From the IMG/VR virus record IMGVR_UViG_2645727839_000001, positions 1 to 64,000 of that record: DNA of 64,000 bases. The stretch is one strand, 5' to 3'. Below the pieces are notes generated by a model. That model was not told the origin of the DNA. It searched no databases and worked only from the letters and a program-made list of their open reading frames with translations. The stretch comes from a virus. Its lineage: Duplodnaviria; Caudoviricetes. A program made the position numbers and the translations under genes. Shown here one piece after another: positions 1 to 10,005 of this stretch. Every line of letters starts with the position of its first letter. Positions within the stretch are counted from its first letter, which is position 1.

Positions 1-426
1 CCATGACACTTCGTAATTCTTCACTGACGCACCGGTTGCTTGGAATGTTTCCAAAATATCTGGCTCGGCATCGAGAGTGGACGCATTGACGACCATCAGT
101 CGAACCGTTGAACCTACACCGCCACCGTACTGCTGCATCACAGCCTGAAATGAACGCTTATAATCTCGGATGTTTAGCGACACCGAAGCCTGTTCGCCCT
201 CGTCGCTCTTAAACGACACATCAAAATCAATAGCGACATAAAGTTCTTTTCGGTAAACAACATCATCTGAGTTACGTACCACTCGAAGTTGATGAGCCAC
301 GTTGCCCGTAGCTCGCTCGATAACATCAACCTCAAGGAAGATCAGAAACGGTACGGTTGAAGACAGCTTGTTCTTCTCAATGACCGTCTGAACGGATACG
401 GAATTCTCTGTTCCTTCATTTCTCAT
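1..426 (-). CDS. Tail tip / minor tail protein (gpL/DUF1833-like), runs off window start
   Basis: Manually translated ORF MRNEGTENSVSVQTVIEKNKLSSTVPFLIFLEVDV... open to position 1; follows the distal tail gene. Confidence 0.65.
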   Translation of the reverse strand, partial: MRNEGTENSVSVQTVIEKNKLSSTVPFLIFLEVDVIERATGNVAHQLRVVRNSDDVVYRKELYVAIDFDVSFKSDEGEQASVSLNIRDYKRSFQAVMQQYGGGVGSTVRLMVVNASTLDAEPDILETFQATGASVKNYEVSW

Positions 427-443
427 AATTCACCAGTGACTTA

Positions 444-809
444 TCAAACTTCTTCTAAAATAATGCCTGTAACGTCCCAATATTTCGCAATCCCTTTGCC
501 AACAAACTTGCCAGCAAATTGCTCCTTGAAGCGCACCATGTAAACTTTGCCATCATCAAAATCGGTGTACTCAAACATCTCTGAGCCACCTTTTACCTCA
601 TCCCAGAACGACAACAATTTCTTGTAGTCATCATCGTGGAGCATCGTATAGCCAAAACTAAATGTTCGACGAGGCTTGCGATAGAACCTTGGACGAGAGG
701 CAACATAGCCTCCCTCCATATCATTCTTAAGCGCAGGGTCTTCAATGTTGATGCCATACTTACTGCGATCTGGTTTGTCGCTAAGCTTTGGATAGGTTGG
801 TTGACTCAT
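444..809 (-). CDS. Distal tail protein (lambda gpM-like)
   Basis: 121 aa immediately after the tape measure gene; C-terminal ILEEV typical of Dit/gpM. Confidence 0.7.
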   Translation of the reverse strand: MSQPTYPKLSDKPDRSKYGINIEDPALKNDMEGGYVASRPRFYRKPRRTFSFGYTMLHDDDYKKLLSFWDEVKGGSEMFEYTDFDDGKVYMVRFKEQFAGKFVGKGIAKYWDVTGIILEEV

Positions 810-3800
810 GACAAAGCCCCTTTTAAGTTCTGACGAAATTTACCCGGACGGTTCGCAGCTTTCAAAACCACATCCAAAATGTATTTACTGCCATCAAACG
901 AACTACCTTGCTGCTCAGCCTCAACACTTTGACCTGATTCGTTGATCATGTTGATCTCAACGTTCGGTGCTGAATTGCCTTGATTCATCGTGACAGGAAT
1001 AGAACGGCCATCAGGAAGAGGAACAAACGCTTCGTTCATATCTCCTTCGCCAAACACAGCCATTTGAGGATTGTTCGCACGAACAACACCACCTTTGGCC
1101 AGCTTCTTAACGCCTTTACCTGCCTCCATGATTCCACCCTCTGCAAAGCTACCCATAGGCATACCCATAAAGCCCATAGCTTTTAAGATGCCCCACTGAA
1201 CAATGATTTGCATGATCATGCGAATGATGGATTGAGTTAGAGATTCAAAGTCGGCCTTACCTGTTGTCACTAGGTTGGTAATTTCGTTTGCCATACCATT
1301 GAATGCAGATGAAAACACATTCTCAATCTGGGCGGTTGTATCTGACCAATCTCGCATCAAGCTCTCTAAAGCCGTTTCGTTGGCAATCTCAAGCTCTGTA
1401 CCCAATGCTTCTTTATATGCCGCAATCAAGTCTTTAAGCTCTGCCTCTGTCATGCCTGTTTGAAGCGCAATCTTGGCAAGGTTCTGTTCCAAAGCTGTTA
1501 GATAACCAATCTGCTCATTGAACGCATCAGTCCTGACACTGCGCAATTCAGATTCACTCATGGTTTGTTCTTGAATACGACGAGTCAGTTTCTCGAAGCC
1601 TTGAATAGTCTTACCTTGATCTATTGCAACTTGCTTGTTTAGCAGCTTCTCTAGCTCTTCAATTTCACCGTTTAATCTTGAAATCTGATCGCGAGAAACG
1701 CCTGTCTCTGTGTTCCACTCAGCTAACTTAAGCTTGTTCTGCTCTATCATCTTTGAAAGTTGACGAGCACCAGAAGTCATCTTGAAATAAGGGTTTTGTT
1801 CGCCCTTTTTCTTTTGGTCGACAACCAAGCGAGCTTGCTGCTTAGCTAGGTTCTTTGAAATCTTCTCAAGTTCACGCTCGGCATCTACACGCTTTTTCAG
1901 TGCTTCGTATTGACGCATTGTGGCTTCATATTGATCTTGACCAATAGAGGCGTTTTTAACCCCCTGATTACTTACCTGCTGCAAAGTTTTGGCGAGAGTA
2001 ATATTGCCGCCGCTTAACTCAGCTTGCATACCTGCCATTTCGACCATTGCAGTTTTGTATTTCTGAGTGAAGATGTCGTAAACACCTTTACCACCGAACG
2101 TTTCAATCTCACCTGATTTTGCATTCACTCGCTTAGTAAAGGCTGTGAAGTCTTTGTCGATTTCATTAATCATGGTGTCACGACGAAGCTGAGCACCTTT
2201 GATTTGAGCTTCTTTTACCTCATCTGAAAGTTCTTTATTCAGCTTGATTAACTCAACCTGTTTGGCTGCTTTCTCCCTGATTAGAGCTTTCTTGTCGTCG
2301 GCAATCTGCTTTTGCATCGCAATGTCGATAGCTTTTCGGCGCTCTTCTGATTGCTGCTCAACATCTTCCGGTGTTAACTGACCTGCCGCTAAAGCGTCTT
2401 GCTTCCACTTCTCAAGTTCTTTCACTGAGCGTTGGTATTCATTAGCGATGATTTGACGAGTGCTGTGAAACTCAGTCGTTACCACTGCTTCAAGTTGATC
2501 ACCTGCTGACTTAGTAAAGCCGGATAACGCATTACTAACACCAGCTTCACCCTCGACAACAACTCGTTGAAGCTCTGCAATTTCTTTTCGGAAACGCTCC
2601 GCGCGAACCTTATCAAGCGTAGCTACATTGCCCTCTTCATCTGTGATGGCATCAAGACGGTCTTTGGTTTTTTCAAGCTCATCCTGCGAACTCTTAAGCC
2701 CTTTATTTAGCTTGGTGAACTCATCTGGTGAGATGAATGAATTACCCTCTGCTGCTTTCTCTCTGATCTCATCGAGCTTGTTACCAAACACATCAAATGC
2801 ATTTGCTACCTCGTAAGCAATCATGAGAACCGCACCAAGTGGGCCCGCCATTGTCATCAACGCTCGACCTGCCACACGAACAACGCCAGTTAATGCCGCC
2901 ATTGTCCCTTTCAACATTGCCGTTGTTAGTTGTAGCTGCTTAGTTCGATGTCCTGCCAGAATCATCTCGCGGTTGTAGAAACCCCATTGAACCATCGAAG
3001 CTTTCATGAGGCGGTCTTGCTGCTTCATAGCGCGATTGTATTCAACGGTTGGGGCGATAACGCTTGCTACATGCTGTTTGATACTGGCAAAGCCCTGCGC
3101 AGCTTCTCGAACGGTTGCGGCTGTTGCTGAAAGGTTCTTAACGACTGACCTAGCCCAATTAGCTGCCATATACACGGCAACTGCCTTTATTGCAGCCATT
3201 ACGTATTCGAAGTTCTCGACAACCATACGAGCAACGCGAACTACATCTGCAAGTCCATCACCTAATGACCTCGCAAACTCTTTGCCCTCGTTACTTTTCA
3301 TCAGCTCAATAAGATCAGAAACCTGATTCTTTAGCTCTTCGAATAGATCGCCTTTACCCATCTCTTGCATGATGATGTCACGTTGGGTACGCATCTGAGC
3401 AATCAGACCGTTCCATGTATTCATCATTGCTTTAGCTGAGCCGGAGTTACGCATCTCCATTTGGTCGAACATCGCAGCAAGCGCACCTTGAGCCTCGAGC
3501 GTACCCGATTCAACTAACTTGGTTAGTTCACTCATGGACACACCAAGACCTGCTGCCATCAAACGCATCGCTTCTGGAACTGCTTCACCTAATTGTTGGC
3601 GAAGCTCTTCCATACTGATTACGCCTTTACCAGCCATCTGCTGAATCGCTACCGATGCTCGAGTCAATGCCTCATCAGAGCCACCAAACTTAGCCACAGA
3701 GTCTACTAGAGACTGTAAGCTGCCATTGGTCGGGTCGATACCGGCACTACGGAATTTAACGAACGAATCCTGCAAAGCACTCATACTAAAAGGCGCTTCT

Positions 3801-4180
3801 TGAACCATGTTCATTAGGTAGTCAACGCTGTCACCTGCAATCTGAATTGATTCTTCGGTGGAACGTGCTTCTACGGCAAGACCTCTCATGATGACTGTCA
3901 TCTGCTCGAGCTGAGCATTAGCCTCAATGAAAGGTGTGTACATTAGGGAGAGTGTGTATCTGGTGGAGTCCAGAAGTTCACGAAAGCTGTTCAAACCTGT
4001 AACAGCTTCCGCTACTGAGCCAGCCCAACGCTTGAGAACCGTTCTCTGTTTTCTTACCGAACCAGAGGTGTTATCAACGCTTTCGCCAAATTTGTTAACC
4101 AGTTGATCGGCTTCCTTGATGGTTAGATTGAAGTCCTTACCATCAAGGTTTAGATTTACGGTAATATCACCGAGAGACAT
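806..4180 (-). CDS. Tail tape measure protein
   Basis: 1124 aa helical; N-terminal tape-measure motif QMAGKGVISMEELRQQLGEAVP; C-terminal FGEG..EAFVPL. Confidence 0.93.
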   Translation of the reverse strand: MSLGDITVNLNLDGKDFNLTIKEADQLVNKFGESVDNTSGSVRKQRTVLKRWAGSVAEAVTGLNSFRELLDSTRYTLSLMYTPFIEANAQLEQMTVIMRGLAVEARSTEESIQIAGDSVDYLMNMVQEAPFSMSALQDSFVKFRSAGIDPTNGSLQSLVDSVAKFGGSDEALTRASVAIQQMAGKGVISMEELRQQLGEAVPEAMRLMAAGLGVSMSELTKLVESGTLEAQGALAAMFDQMEMRNSGSAKAMMNTWNGLIAQMRTQRDIIMQEMGKGDLFEELKNQVSDLIELMKSNEGKEFARSLGDGLADVVRVARMVVENFEYVMAAIKAVAVYMAANWARSVVKNLSATAATVREAAQGFASIKQHVASVIAPTVEYNRAMKQQDRLMKASMVQWGFYNREMILAGHRTKQLQLTTAMLKGTMAALTGVVRVAGRALMTMAGPLGAVLMIAYEVANAFDVFGNKLDEIREKAAEGNSFISPDEFTKLNKGLKSSQDELEKTKDRLDAITDEEGNVATLDKVRAERFRKEIAELQRVVVEGEAGVSNALSGFTKSAGDQLEAVVTTEFHSTRQIIANEYQRSVKELEKWKQDALAAGQLTPEDVEQQSEERRKAIDIAMQKQIADDKKALIREKAAKQVELIKLNKELSDEVKEAQIKGAQLRRDTMINEIDKDFTAFTKRVNAKSGEIETFGGKGVYDIFTQKYKTAMVEMAGMQAELSGGNITLAKTLQQVSNQGVKNASIGQDQYEATMRQYEALKKRVDAERELEKISKNLAKQQARLVVDQKKKGEQNPYFKMTSGARQLSKMIEQNKLKLAEWNTETGVSRDQISRLNGEIEELEKLLNKQVAIDQGKTIQGFEKLTRRIQEQTMSESELRSVRTDAFNEQIGYLTALEQNLAKIALQTGMTEAELKDLIAAYKEALGTELEIANETALESLMRDWSDTTAQIENVFSSAFNGMANEITNLVTTGKADFESLTQSIIRMIMQIIVQWGILKAMGFMGMPMGSFAEGGIMEAGKGVKKLAKGGVVRANNPQMAVFGEGDMNEAFVPLPDGRSIPVTMNQGNSAPNVEINMINESGQSVEAEQQGSSFDGSKYILDVVLKAANRPGKFRQNLKGALS

Positions 4181-4181
4181 G

Positions 4182-4433
4182 CTATTTCCTCATCAGAGCA
4201 CGAAGTTTGTCACTAGCCCCCGGCTCTGCCTTGACGAAATAGCCCCCCATTCGATAGACCTCGCCTTTTAACAAGACAAGATGTTCAGTGGTTTGTGTAG
4301 CAGCCTCGCTAGACATTGCACATTGCGAGGTTGCGACAGCTCTTAAGTCTTTCTCGGCATTGATTCTATCTATACAGCCATGCATAACCCAAAATAGGTC
4401 GGCTGGCATTCGTAGAATCTTATCCGGGGCCAT
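4182..4433 (-). CDS. Tail assembly chaperone, frameshifted C-terminal (gpT-like) part
   Basis: In frame with the -1 frame of the upstream chaperone after GGGAAAG, no intervening stop. Confidence 0.8.
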   Translation of the reverse strand: MAPDKILRMPADLFWVMHGCIDRINAEKDLRAVATSQCAMSSEAATQTTEHLVLLKGEVYRMGGYFVKAEPGASDKLRALMRK

Positions 4434-4483
4434 CGAATAGAAGTTGGAGAAACGAGAAAAGACATAGATAAAATCGATGCCTG

Positions 4484-4807
4484 TTACTCGGACTTTCCCT
4501 GCTCTTCTTCTGCTTCCTTCTCAGCAATTACTTGTTCATCTGGTTTAGAAGCGTATTGAATGAGAGCTGTTAGTTGGCGCATGTTCAGACGCTTGATGTT
4601 GTCCATCGGACAATCAGGAATGATGTTGTGCGCGGTATCTAGCATCTCTTCTAGAATCTCATCAGGTGACGCAACTTCTGCTTTCTTAGCTACTCGAAGG
4701 GCGTTGACCATTTGACCCACTGTGCGCTCTGCTACATCGTAGGTATTACCAAATAGAACAACTGTGCGTTTTACCTTTGCTAGTTCATCTAGATTAAAAA
4801 GTTCCAT
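4484..4807 (-). CDS. Tail assembly chaperone (gpG-like)
   Basis: Between tail tube and tape measure genes; ends ...EQGKSE over a slippery heptamer. Confidence 0.82.
   Translation of the reverse strand: MELFNLDELAKVKRTVVLFGNTYDVAERTVGQMVNALRVAKKAEVASPDEILEEMLDTAHNIIPDCPMDNIKRLNMRQLTALIQYASKPDEQVIAEKEAEEEQGKSE
4493..4499 (-). other. -1 programmed ribosomal frameshift site G GGA AAG
   Basis: Same heptamer as lambda G/T; the -1 frame joins the 4182-4433 ORF. Confidence 0.85.
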
Positions 4808-4876
4808 GTTGTTTCTCTCTTTGTGTAAGTCAGTGGTGACTTATTAACGACCCCCAAAAAAAGAGGGTCGTCATAA

Positions 4877-5443
4877 TTAAGGTGTAACTGTCGCTGTTGT
4901 ATCACCGTAGATAAACAGAAGACCATCTTTGCTAAGGTCTGGGTAGCCTTTGAAGTTCGCTTGGTATACACGCTCTTGATCAAGTGTGTAAGCGAAGTTC
5001 ATGCCGCCCGGAGTTGCCGCAAGTGGAATGGTTAAATCTTCTGATTTGTCAGTGTCAGCTAAGCCGATTGGATGCAGGACAAGCTCTTTTGCAGAAGACA
5101 GAAGATCGGCACCAACCGATGCGCCCACTTCTACTTTCTTCTTGTCTGGATCTGAACCATCAGTAACCAACGTTGCGCCTGGCATAATCGTTACTAGGTT
5201 CTCAATCGTAGTCTCAACCATTGGCACAGATACGGTGATGTTACGACCCGTTAGGATCTCTTTAACTACCGTCTCACCAAATTGGTCAACTGTGGTTTCG
5301 TGAGTTGAAGTAGTTACCTCAACCTCTACGCCACCAGCCGTTAGACCTAGATCTTGACCATCATAAGTGACTCGACATGTACCAAGTTTAATGTTCTCGG
5401 TACTAGAGCCTGTGGCTCTTGCTGTTTTAGCTTTTGCAGCCAT
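4877..5443 (-). CDS. Major tail tube protein
   Basis: NIKLGTCRV..DLGLTAGGVEV..VDQFG motifs; position; start reassigned to ATG 5443 with GGAG RBS. Confidence 0.85.
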   Translation of the reverse strand: MAAKAKTARATGSSTENIKLGTCRVTYDGQDLGLTAGGVEVEVTTSTHETTVDQFGETVVKEILTGRNITVSVPMVETTIENLVTIMPGATLVTDGSDPDKKKVEVGASVGADLLSSAKELVLHPIGLADTDKSEDLTIPLAATPGGMNFAYTLDQERVYQANFKGYPDLSKDGLLFIYGDTTATVTP

Positions 5444-5853
5444 TAGTATTCTCCTTTGAAAGAACAAACTACATCAAAATTAACGGACGCTTCGTATAAG
5501 CCCGACTCTTGCTTTGGATAAACCAAAGGCTCATGACGAGCAAGAAACTCCACAATTCTGACGGAATCAGTCTCTAGATCTCCGAATTCAAAACCTGATA
5601 GAGCCGCTGTCACTTGGCGCATTACTCGAGACGACTTAGCAGGGTTGTTACTGCGAAATAGAATCTGAGTTGCGCCAGCGTACATGCCCGTATAGTTGTT
5701 TCGGTTTAAGGTTTGATTAGCGGCAAACAACAAGCCCTCTTTTACTTTCGCTGGCATGAAACCAACAAAGACCGTTTGCCCAATCTCTGGGTTAAAATCA
5801 ATCTCTGCGTCAGTACCAACCAACCTTTCTGCTAAGAAGTCTTGCAGTCTCAT
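5443..5853 (-). CDS. Tail terminator/completion protein
   Basis: 136 aa directly upstream of tail tube; synteny. Confidence 0.6.
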   Translation of the reverse strand: MRLQDFLAERLVGTDAEIDFNPEIGQTVFVGFMPAKVKEGLLFAANQTLNRNNYTGMYAGATQILFRSNNPAKSSRVMRQVTAALSGFEFGDLETDSVRIVEFLARHEPLVYPKQESGLYEASVNFDVVCSFKGEY

Positions 5854-6320
5854 CCTTTAATCGCCTTTTTAACCGCTTTCTTTGTTTCTCGAATGGCTTC
5901 GTCTTCAACTGCGTACAAGGCTCGCTCTACGAATTTGTTCCCTACACTAGCTCGAGGGTCTTCTGAGGCAACTAACGTGGCTTTATAAGCTGATAGTTCG
6001 CCTAGATTGTATTGTGATTCGTGAAGCCAGATTGAATAGTCGTAGTCCTGCCCCGAAAACTGTCGTAACAAATCCGGGTCCACACCTACCGTTATCTCTA
6101 CTCGTCTGTTTTGCCCTGTTCGTTTTTCTTGAGAGACGATGGCATCTTCAACGTGAAAGTCTTCAACCGGAACATTCAGCTTCGCAAGCTTTTCAACTCT
6201 AGCGGCATAACGCCTCATAACGTCAAGTGAGTGCTTTTGCACTCGTTCACCAATACGATGCAATCGAGCCATTATCTTGTCCGATTCCATCGACATACCG
6301 ATGCTCTTCTTAATCGCCAT
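5850..6320 (-). CDS. Neck/tail-completion protein (HK97 gp10-like)
   Basis: AKLNVPV..YSIWLHE..KFVERAL pattern; synteny. Confidence 0.62.
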   Translation of the reverse strand: MAIKKSIGMSMESDKIMARLHRIGERVQKHSLDVMRRYAARVEKLAKLNVPVEDFHVEDAIVSQEKRTGQNRRVEITVGVDPDLLRQFSGQDYDYSIWLHESQYNLGELSAYKATLVASEDPRASVGNKFVERALYAVEDEAIRETKKAVKKAIKG

Positions 6321-6696
6321 AAACGTTATCACCGTCAGCTTGTTGCGCTTGCAAACCTACTTCGTAATGAACTAAGTCGCCCAAAAGGTCATACAGCTCT
6401 TCAACGGTGACCACCTTTAGCTTTCTGCGTTTGATGATCATCATGTCACTAACCTTGACCTTGGAGCGTGGTGAGATACAAATCTCAACATCCGAAGTTT
6501 CCTGTCGTGCCATTGATTTACTCGCTGAGCGGTCTACTCGAATCGATACTTCCTTATCTTCTTCCTTGAACTTAAGAATCGTAATCGGGTAAACGCCCTG
6601 CTTTCTAAATCTGGCTTCACCGTATCTCGTAAAACCAGCCGCTCTATACAGAGCACCTTTGGCATTAGGAACGAAGCTGCTACTCATACACGCCAT
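6310..6696 (-). CDS. Putative head closure protein
   Basis: 128 aa beta-rich; synteny in neck cluster. Confidence 0.5.
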   Translation of the reverse strand: MACMSSSFVPNAKGALYRAAGFTRYGEARFRKQGVYPITILKFKEEDKEVSIRVDRSASKSMARQETSDVEICISPRSKVKVSDMMIIKRRKLKVVTVEELYDLLGDLVHYEVGLQAQQADGDNVYGD

Positions 6697-6736
6697 AAAA
6701 ATATTACCTCTCTTTTAGAGTTAAGTCACCAGTGAC

Positions 6737-7465
6737 TTATACAACAAGCAGAGCTTTTGTGGCGAAATGAAAGGTAGACCCCTCCAATTCAAAGTAACGG
6801 TTCAAATCTACGCTATCACCATCATTGTCACTACCCGGATTGTAGATCTTCGCAGTCTCCGCACCCAGTGACATTAGAATGAAAAACATAGTTTGACGTT
6901 GGATGGTTGTCATCATCCAATTCAGCTTTCGCTCTGCGGTATAAACTGAATCATAACCTCGACCCAAAGCATCAACGCTCTTCGGTGAAAAGGTCATTAA
7001 TAGCTTTTCACGCTCACTAAATAGAATGTGGTCTTCTCGACCCTCTTTCTGGTGAACACGAATTGATATCTTCAAGCGCATCTCTCGATACTTACGCAAA
7101 AGAGACTGAATATCTTCTCGCATTCTGAACTTAAGAGTCATCAAGGTATCACGCTCAATCGCTCTCAAATGCTCTGTGAACGCTTCGAACGAATCAATAC
7201 TAGCTGACTGCTCTTTATATGATTTATTCGCAATCTCGAAGCTTAGAGACTTTGCCTGACTAGCACTCTCCGACACTGTTGCAACAATGTCTGATTCTGC
7301 GCCATGCAGTACCGCTTCCAGTCTCGCTTTCAACTTATCCTCGGAGCGTGGTGACATTACACTCTGATCATACAGAGATGACGCCAACACACCCTTTAGG
7401 CCAAGAAGAAAAGCCTCATATCGACCGCGCATCAAGGTAAGTCTTTCTTCTAGTCTTTTCATCAT
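6737..7465 (-). CDS. Hypothetical virion morphogenesis protein
   Basis: Long helical ORF coupled to the upstream gene in the head-tail cluster. Confidence 0.45.
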   Translation of the reverse strand: MMKRLEERLTLMRGRYEAFLLGLKGVLASSLYDQSVMSPRSEDKLKARLEAVLHGAESDIVATVSESASQAKSLSFEIANKSYKEQSASIDSFEAFTEHLRAIERDTLMTLKFRMREDIQSLLRKYREMRLKISIRVHQKEGREDHILFSEREKLLMTFSPKSVDALGRGYDSVYTAERKLNWMMTTIQRQTMFFILMSLGAETAKIYNPGSDNDGDSVDLNRYFELEGSTFHFATKALLVV

Positions 7466-8247
7466 GAGCGTCCTAACCGAACTGACCACGAAATGTAGCT
7501 CTTGATAGCATCCAAAGCATCGTTGCCTAAAGGGATGCTCAGTGGCTTGTCACCGCGATAGAAGTTAGAACTGCTACCTACAGAACCAGACACAAGACCT
7601 GATTTTCGACGCTCTTCAATTGGAGAGCCGCCCAGGATGTAATTGGCCTGTAGAACCTGAGCATAGGAAAGCTCCTGCTTTTCTTTCTCAGATAATTCCT
7701 CACCACCTTGGAAGCAAGGGAATAGAGCCACCTTTCTTCTATCTCGAACGATAGAAAGCGGTACAGATTGCATTTCCTTGAATGCTTGAATGAATGCAGG
7801 TAGTCGCTCTTCAAAAGAACTATCCATTAAACATTCAACGCTAGACATAGAACCTGCCAATGACATCAGATATCCATAGTTAGCAAAACTGTTGGTTGGT
7901 GGCTCAAGGTCTACGAGCTTGTCTTCCAGATAGAATTCGACGTTATGACGGTGAATAAACCCCGTCTCTCCGACGAACTCAACCATCACACGGTAGAATG
8001 CTCGAGGTGCACCTTTGATAACCGGCATGTCAATCGGGTCCAATGGTGGGATAGTTAAGATAACTTCCTCATCGAAACCGCAGTTCGTCACGTTCTCCAA
8101 ATCGACAGGTTCATTTTCAATGACAGGTGCACTGTTCATGTCATAAACACTGTAGAACGCTTTCTCTAACGGACAACCTAATTCAACCTCTGTGGCTAGA
8201 GGTATCTGTAGGATGACGTTTTCACCCTTCTGAAAAACATAATCCAT
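7462..8247 (-). CDS. Putative head-tail adaptor
   Basis: C-terminal AQVLQA..GLVSGSVG pattern of adaptor proteins; synteny. Confidence 0.55.
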   Translation of the reverse strand: MDYVFQKGENVILQIPLATEVELGCPLEKAFYSVYDMNSAPVIENEPVDLENVTNCGFDEEVILTIPPLDPIDMPVIKGAPRAFYRVMVEFVGETGFIHRHNVEFYLEDKLVDLEPPTNSFANYGYLMSLAGSMSSVECLMDSSFEERLPAFIQAFKEMQSVPLSIVRDRRKVALFPCFQGGEELSEKEKQELSYAQVLQANYILGGSPIEERRKSGLVSGSVGSSSNFYRGDKPLSIPLGNDALDAIKSYISWSVRLGRS

Positions 8248-8264
8248 TTGGATTCCCCCGTAGG

Positions 8265-8891
8265 TTAGGCTTTCACCTCAAGAAGTTCGACAATCAACTC
8301 TTTAATTGAACGAGCCTTAACATCGTGCTTTTCCGCAATCTCACGAAGGCCACTAATGCCTTGCTTGTCTGCGATAGCTTCTAGCTCTTCCTGAGTGTAT
8401 AAGCCCTGCACTTCTTCTTGAGTAGGCTCAACTTCTGGTTCGGTAGCTTTAGGCTCTTCTGTTGAAGTCGTTTCAATCTTCACCTGTTTAGAAGCAACGG
8501 TCTTAAGAACAAATCGCTCGCTTGAGGCTTTGCCTGTCTCGTTATCACCCTCACAGTGATAGATGCCCTCATCAGCCTTAGTAACATTAGCTAGAGCCAA
8601 CGTTTCTGAGTTTTGATCAGGCAATAGAGCGTTGTCCTTGAACCAATTAAGATTCAGAGTGCCACCACCCTCTGCTTTAACATTGATGTTAAGGTCTTCA
8701 CCGAGTACTGCCTCTTGGCGAACATCAAGCGTCAAAGTTGGAACGTGAATGCATTCGACGCGAACACTTGCACCTAAACGCTCAGCGTCATGACGAGAAA
8801 GGAAATCCTCAGATACCCCGTTCACAAATGCCAATCTGCCTAAGTTACCCGTGTAAGAAGACAAGCCTGCCGAGCAAAGTTTGATTTTCAT
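8265..8891 (-). CDS. Ig-domain virion accessory protein with C-terminal HeH-like domain
   Basis: Ig motifs WFKDN..LALANVTKADEGIYHC; C-terminal GLREIAEKHDVK. Confidence 0.7.
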   Translation of the reverse strand: MKIKLCSAGLSSYTGNLGRLAFVNGVSEDFLSRHDAERLGASVRVECIHVPTLTLDVRQEAVLGEDLNINVKAEGGGTLNLNWFKDNALLPDQNSETLALANVTKADEGIYHCEGDNETGKASSERFVLKTVASKQVKIETTSTEEPKATEPEVEPTQEEVQGLYTQEELEAIADKQGISGLREIAEKHDVKARSIKELIVELLEVKA

Positions 8892-8968
8892 ATCTATATT
8901 CCTTATGGCAAAAAGGGGAGAGAAGTTACCTTCCCTCCCCTCAAATAAGTCACTGGTGACTTATCAAA

Positions 8969-9973
8969 TTACTTAGACTCAATGCCGCGAAGAACCGCTA
9001 GAGAACGAGTCGATTTCAGAGCTAGACCGCAGTACCACTTCATACGAGTACGAGTAGCATCTTTGTTCTGAACCGTACCGATATCTTCAACAACGATACC
9101 TGCGTTAGAACCACCAAACAGACCGTGAAGACCGTCCACTTCGTTTGTGCGAATCGCATAAACTTCGGTGAACTTCTTGCTTGTGTCACCCGTTAGAGTT
9201 GGCAAGTAGTCATTGATGATGATCGGTGTACCATCGTAAGACGGAACGCGACCGAAATCTTTAACAAGTACATAGTCTGGTACTAGACCACCTGATGAAG
9301 TACGAACTAATGATTTGTAAGTACGGTAAGTATCTTTACGCATCATTAGGAAGTCAGCATCACCCGGAATTGTATCCAGTAGCTCATCCAGTTTTTCGAA
9401 CGTTAGAGAGCCAGTTTTAATAGCTGAGTCTGCATCCGTTGGCGCGTTCGAGCTATCGATAGAGATAACTTGGTCAGCCCAATGATCTTTCCAATCTGTG
9501 TCAGAAACACCGTCAGTCCAAATCTTACGAATACCATCGAATTCCGAACCAACTTTTAGGTCTGGACCATTTGGATCGTTCGGGCTCTTACGAACGTTAC
9601 CACCATTAATCAACGCATCTTTGAAGCGACGACCCATACCTTTAGCTTTCATAGCAAGCTGAATAGCTTTCTGGTTATCGGTGTCCGACATTGTTGCGTC
9701 AATGAATTTATCAACGTCTACATCGCCGATTAGAATTTTCAAGTGCGTGGTTACGCTCTTGAATTCTGACGCCTCTTCTTGGATTTCAGCGTTAACTTCC
9801 AAGAATTGTGAATCAGCTAGTTTCGTTTCACGGTTGTAAACATACGCTTTACCATTTACTTGCGTAAAAGGAAGAAGAGCGTAAAGAGCTTCATCAGTGA
9901 TGATCTCTTCAATAACACCTGCAATTAGGTGGTTGTTACTGATTTCTTCAGCAACGGATTTTAGTAGCGGCAT
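8969..9973 (-). CDS. Major capsid protein
   Basis: LPF..GKAYVYNRE, GDVDVDKF, EFDG motifs; downstream of scaffold. Confidence 0.88.
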   Translation of the reverse strand: MPLLKSVAEEISNNHLIAGVIEEIITDEALYALLPFTQVNGKAYVYNRETKLADSQFLEVNAEIQEEASEFKSVTTHLKILIGDVDVDKFIDATMSDTDNQKAIQLAMKAKGMGRRFKDALINGGNVRKSPNDPNGPDLKVGSEFDGIRKIWTDGVSDTDWKDHWADQVISIDSSNAPTDADSAIKTGSLTFEKLDELLDTIPGDADFLMMRKDTYRTYKSLVRTSSGGLVPDYVLVKDFGRVPSYDGTPIIINDYLPTLTGDTSKKFTEVYAIRTNEVDGLHGLFGGSNAGIVVEDIGTVQNKDATRTRMKWYCGLALKSTRSLAVLRGIESK

Positions 9974-10005
9974 AACCAACTCCTGATTATCGCCAGCCTA
10001 CAGTC

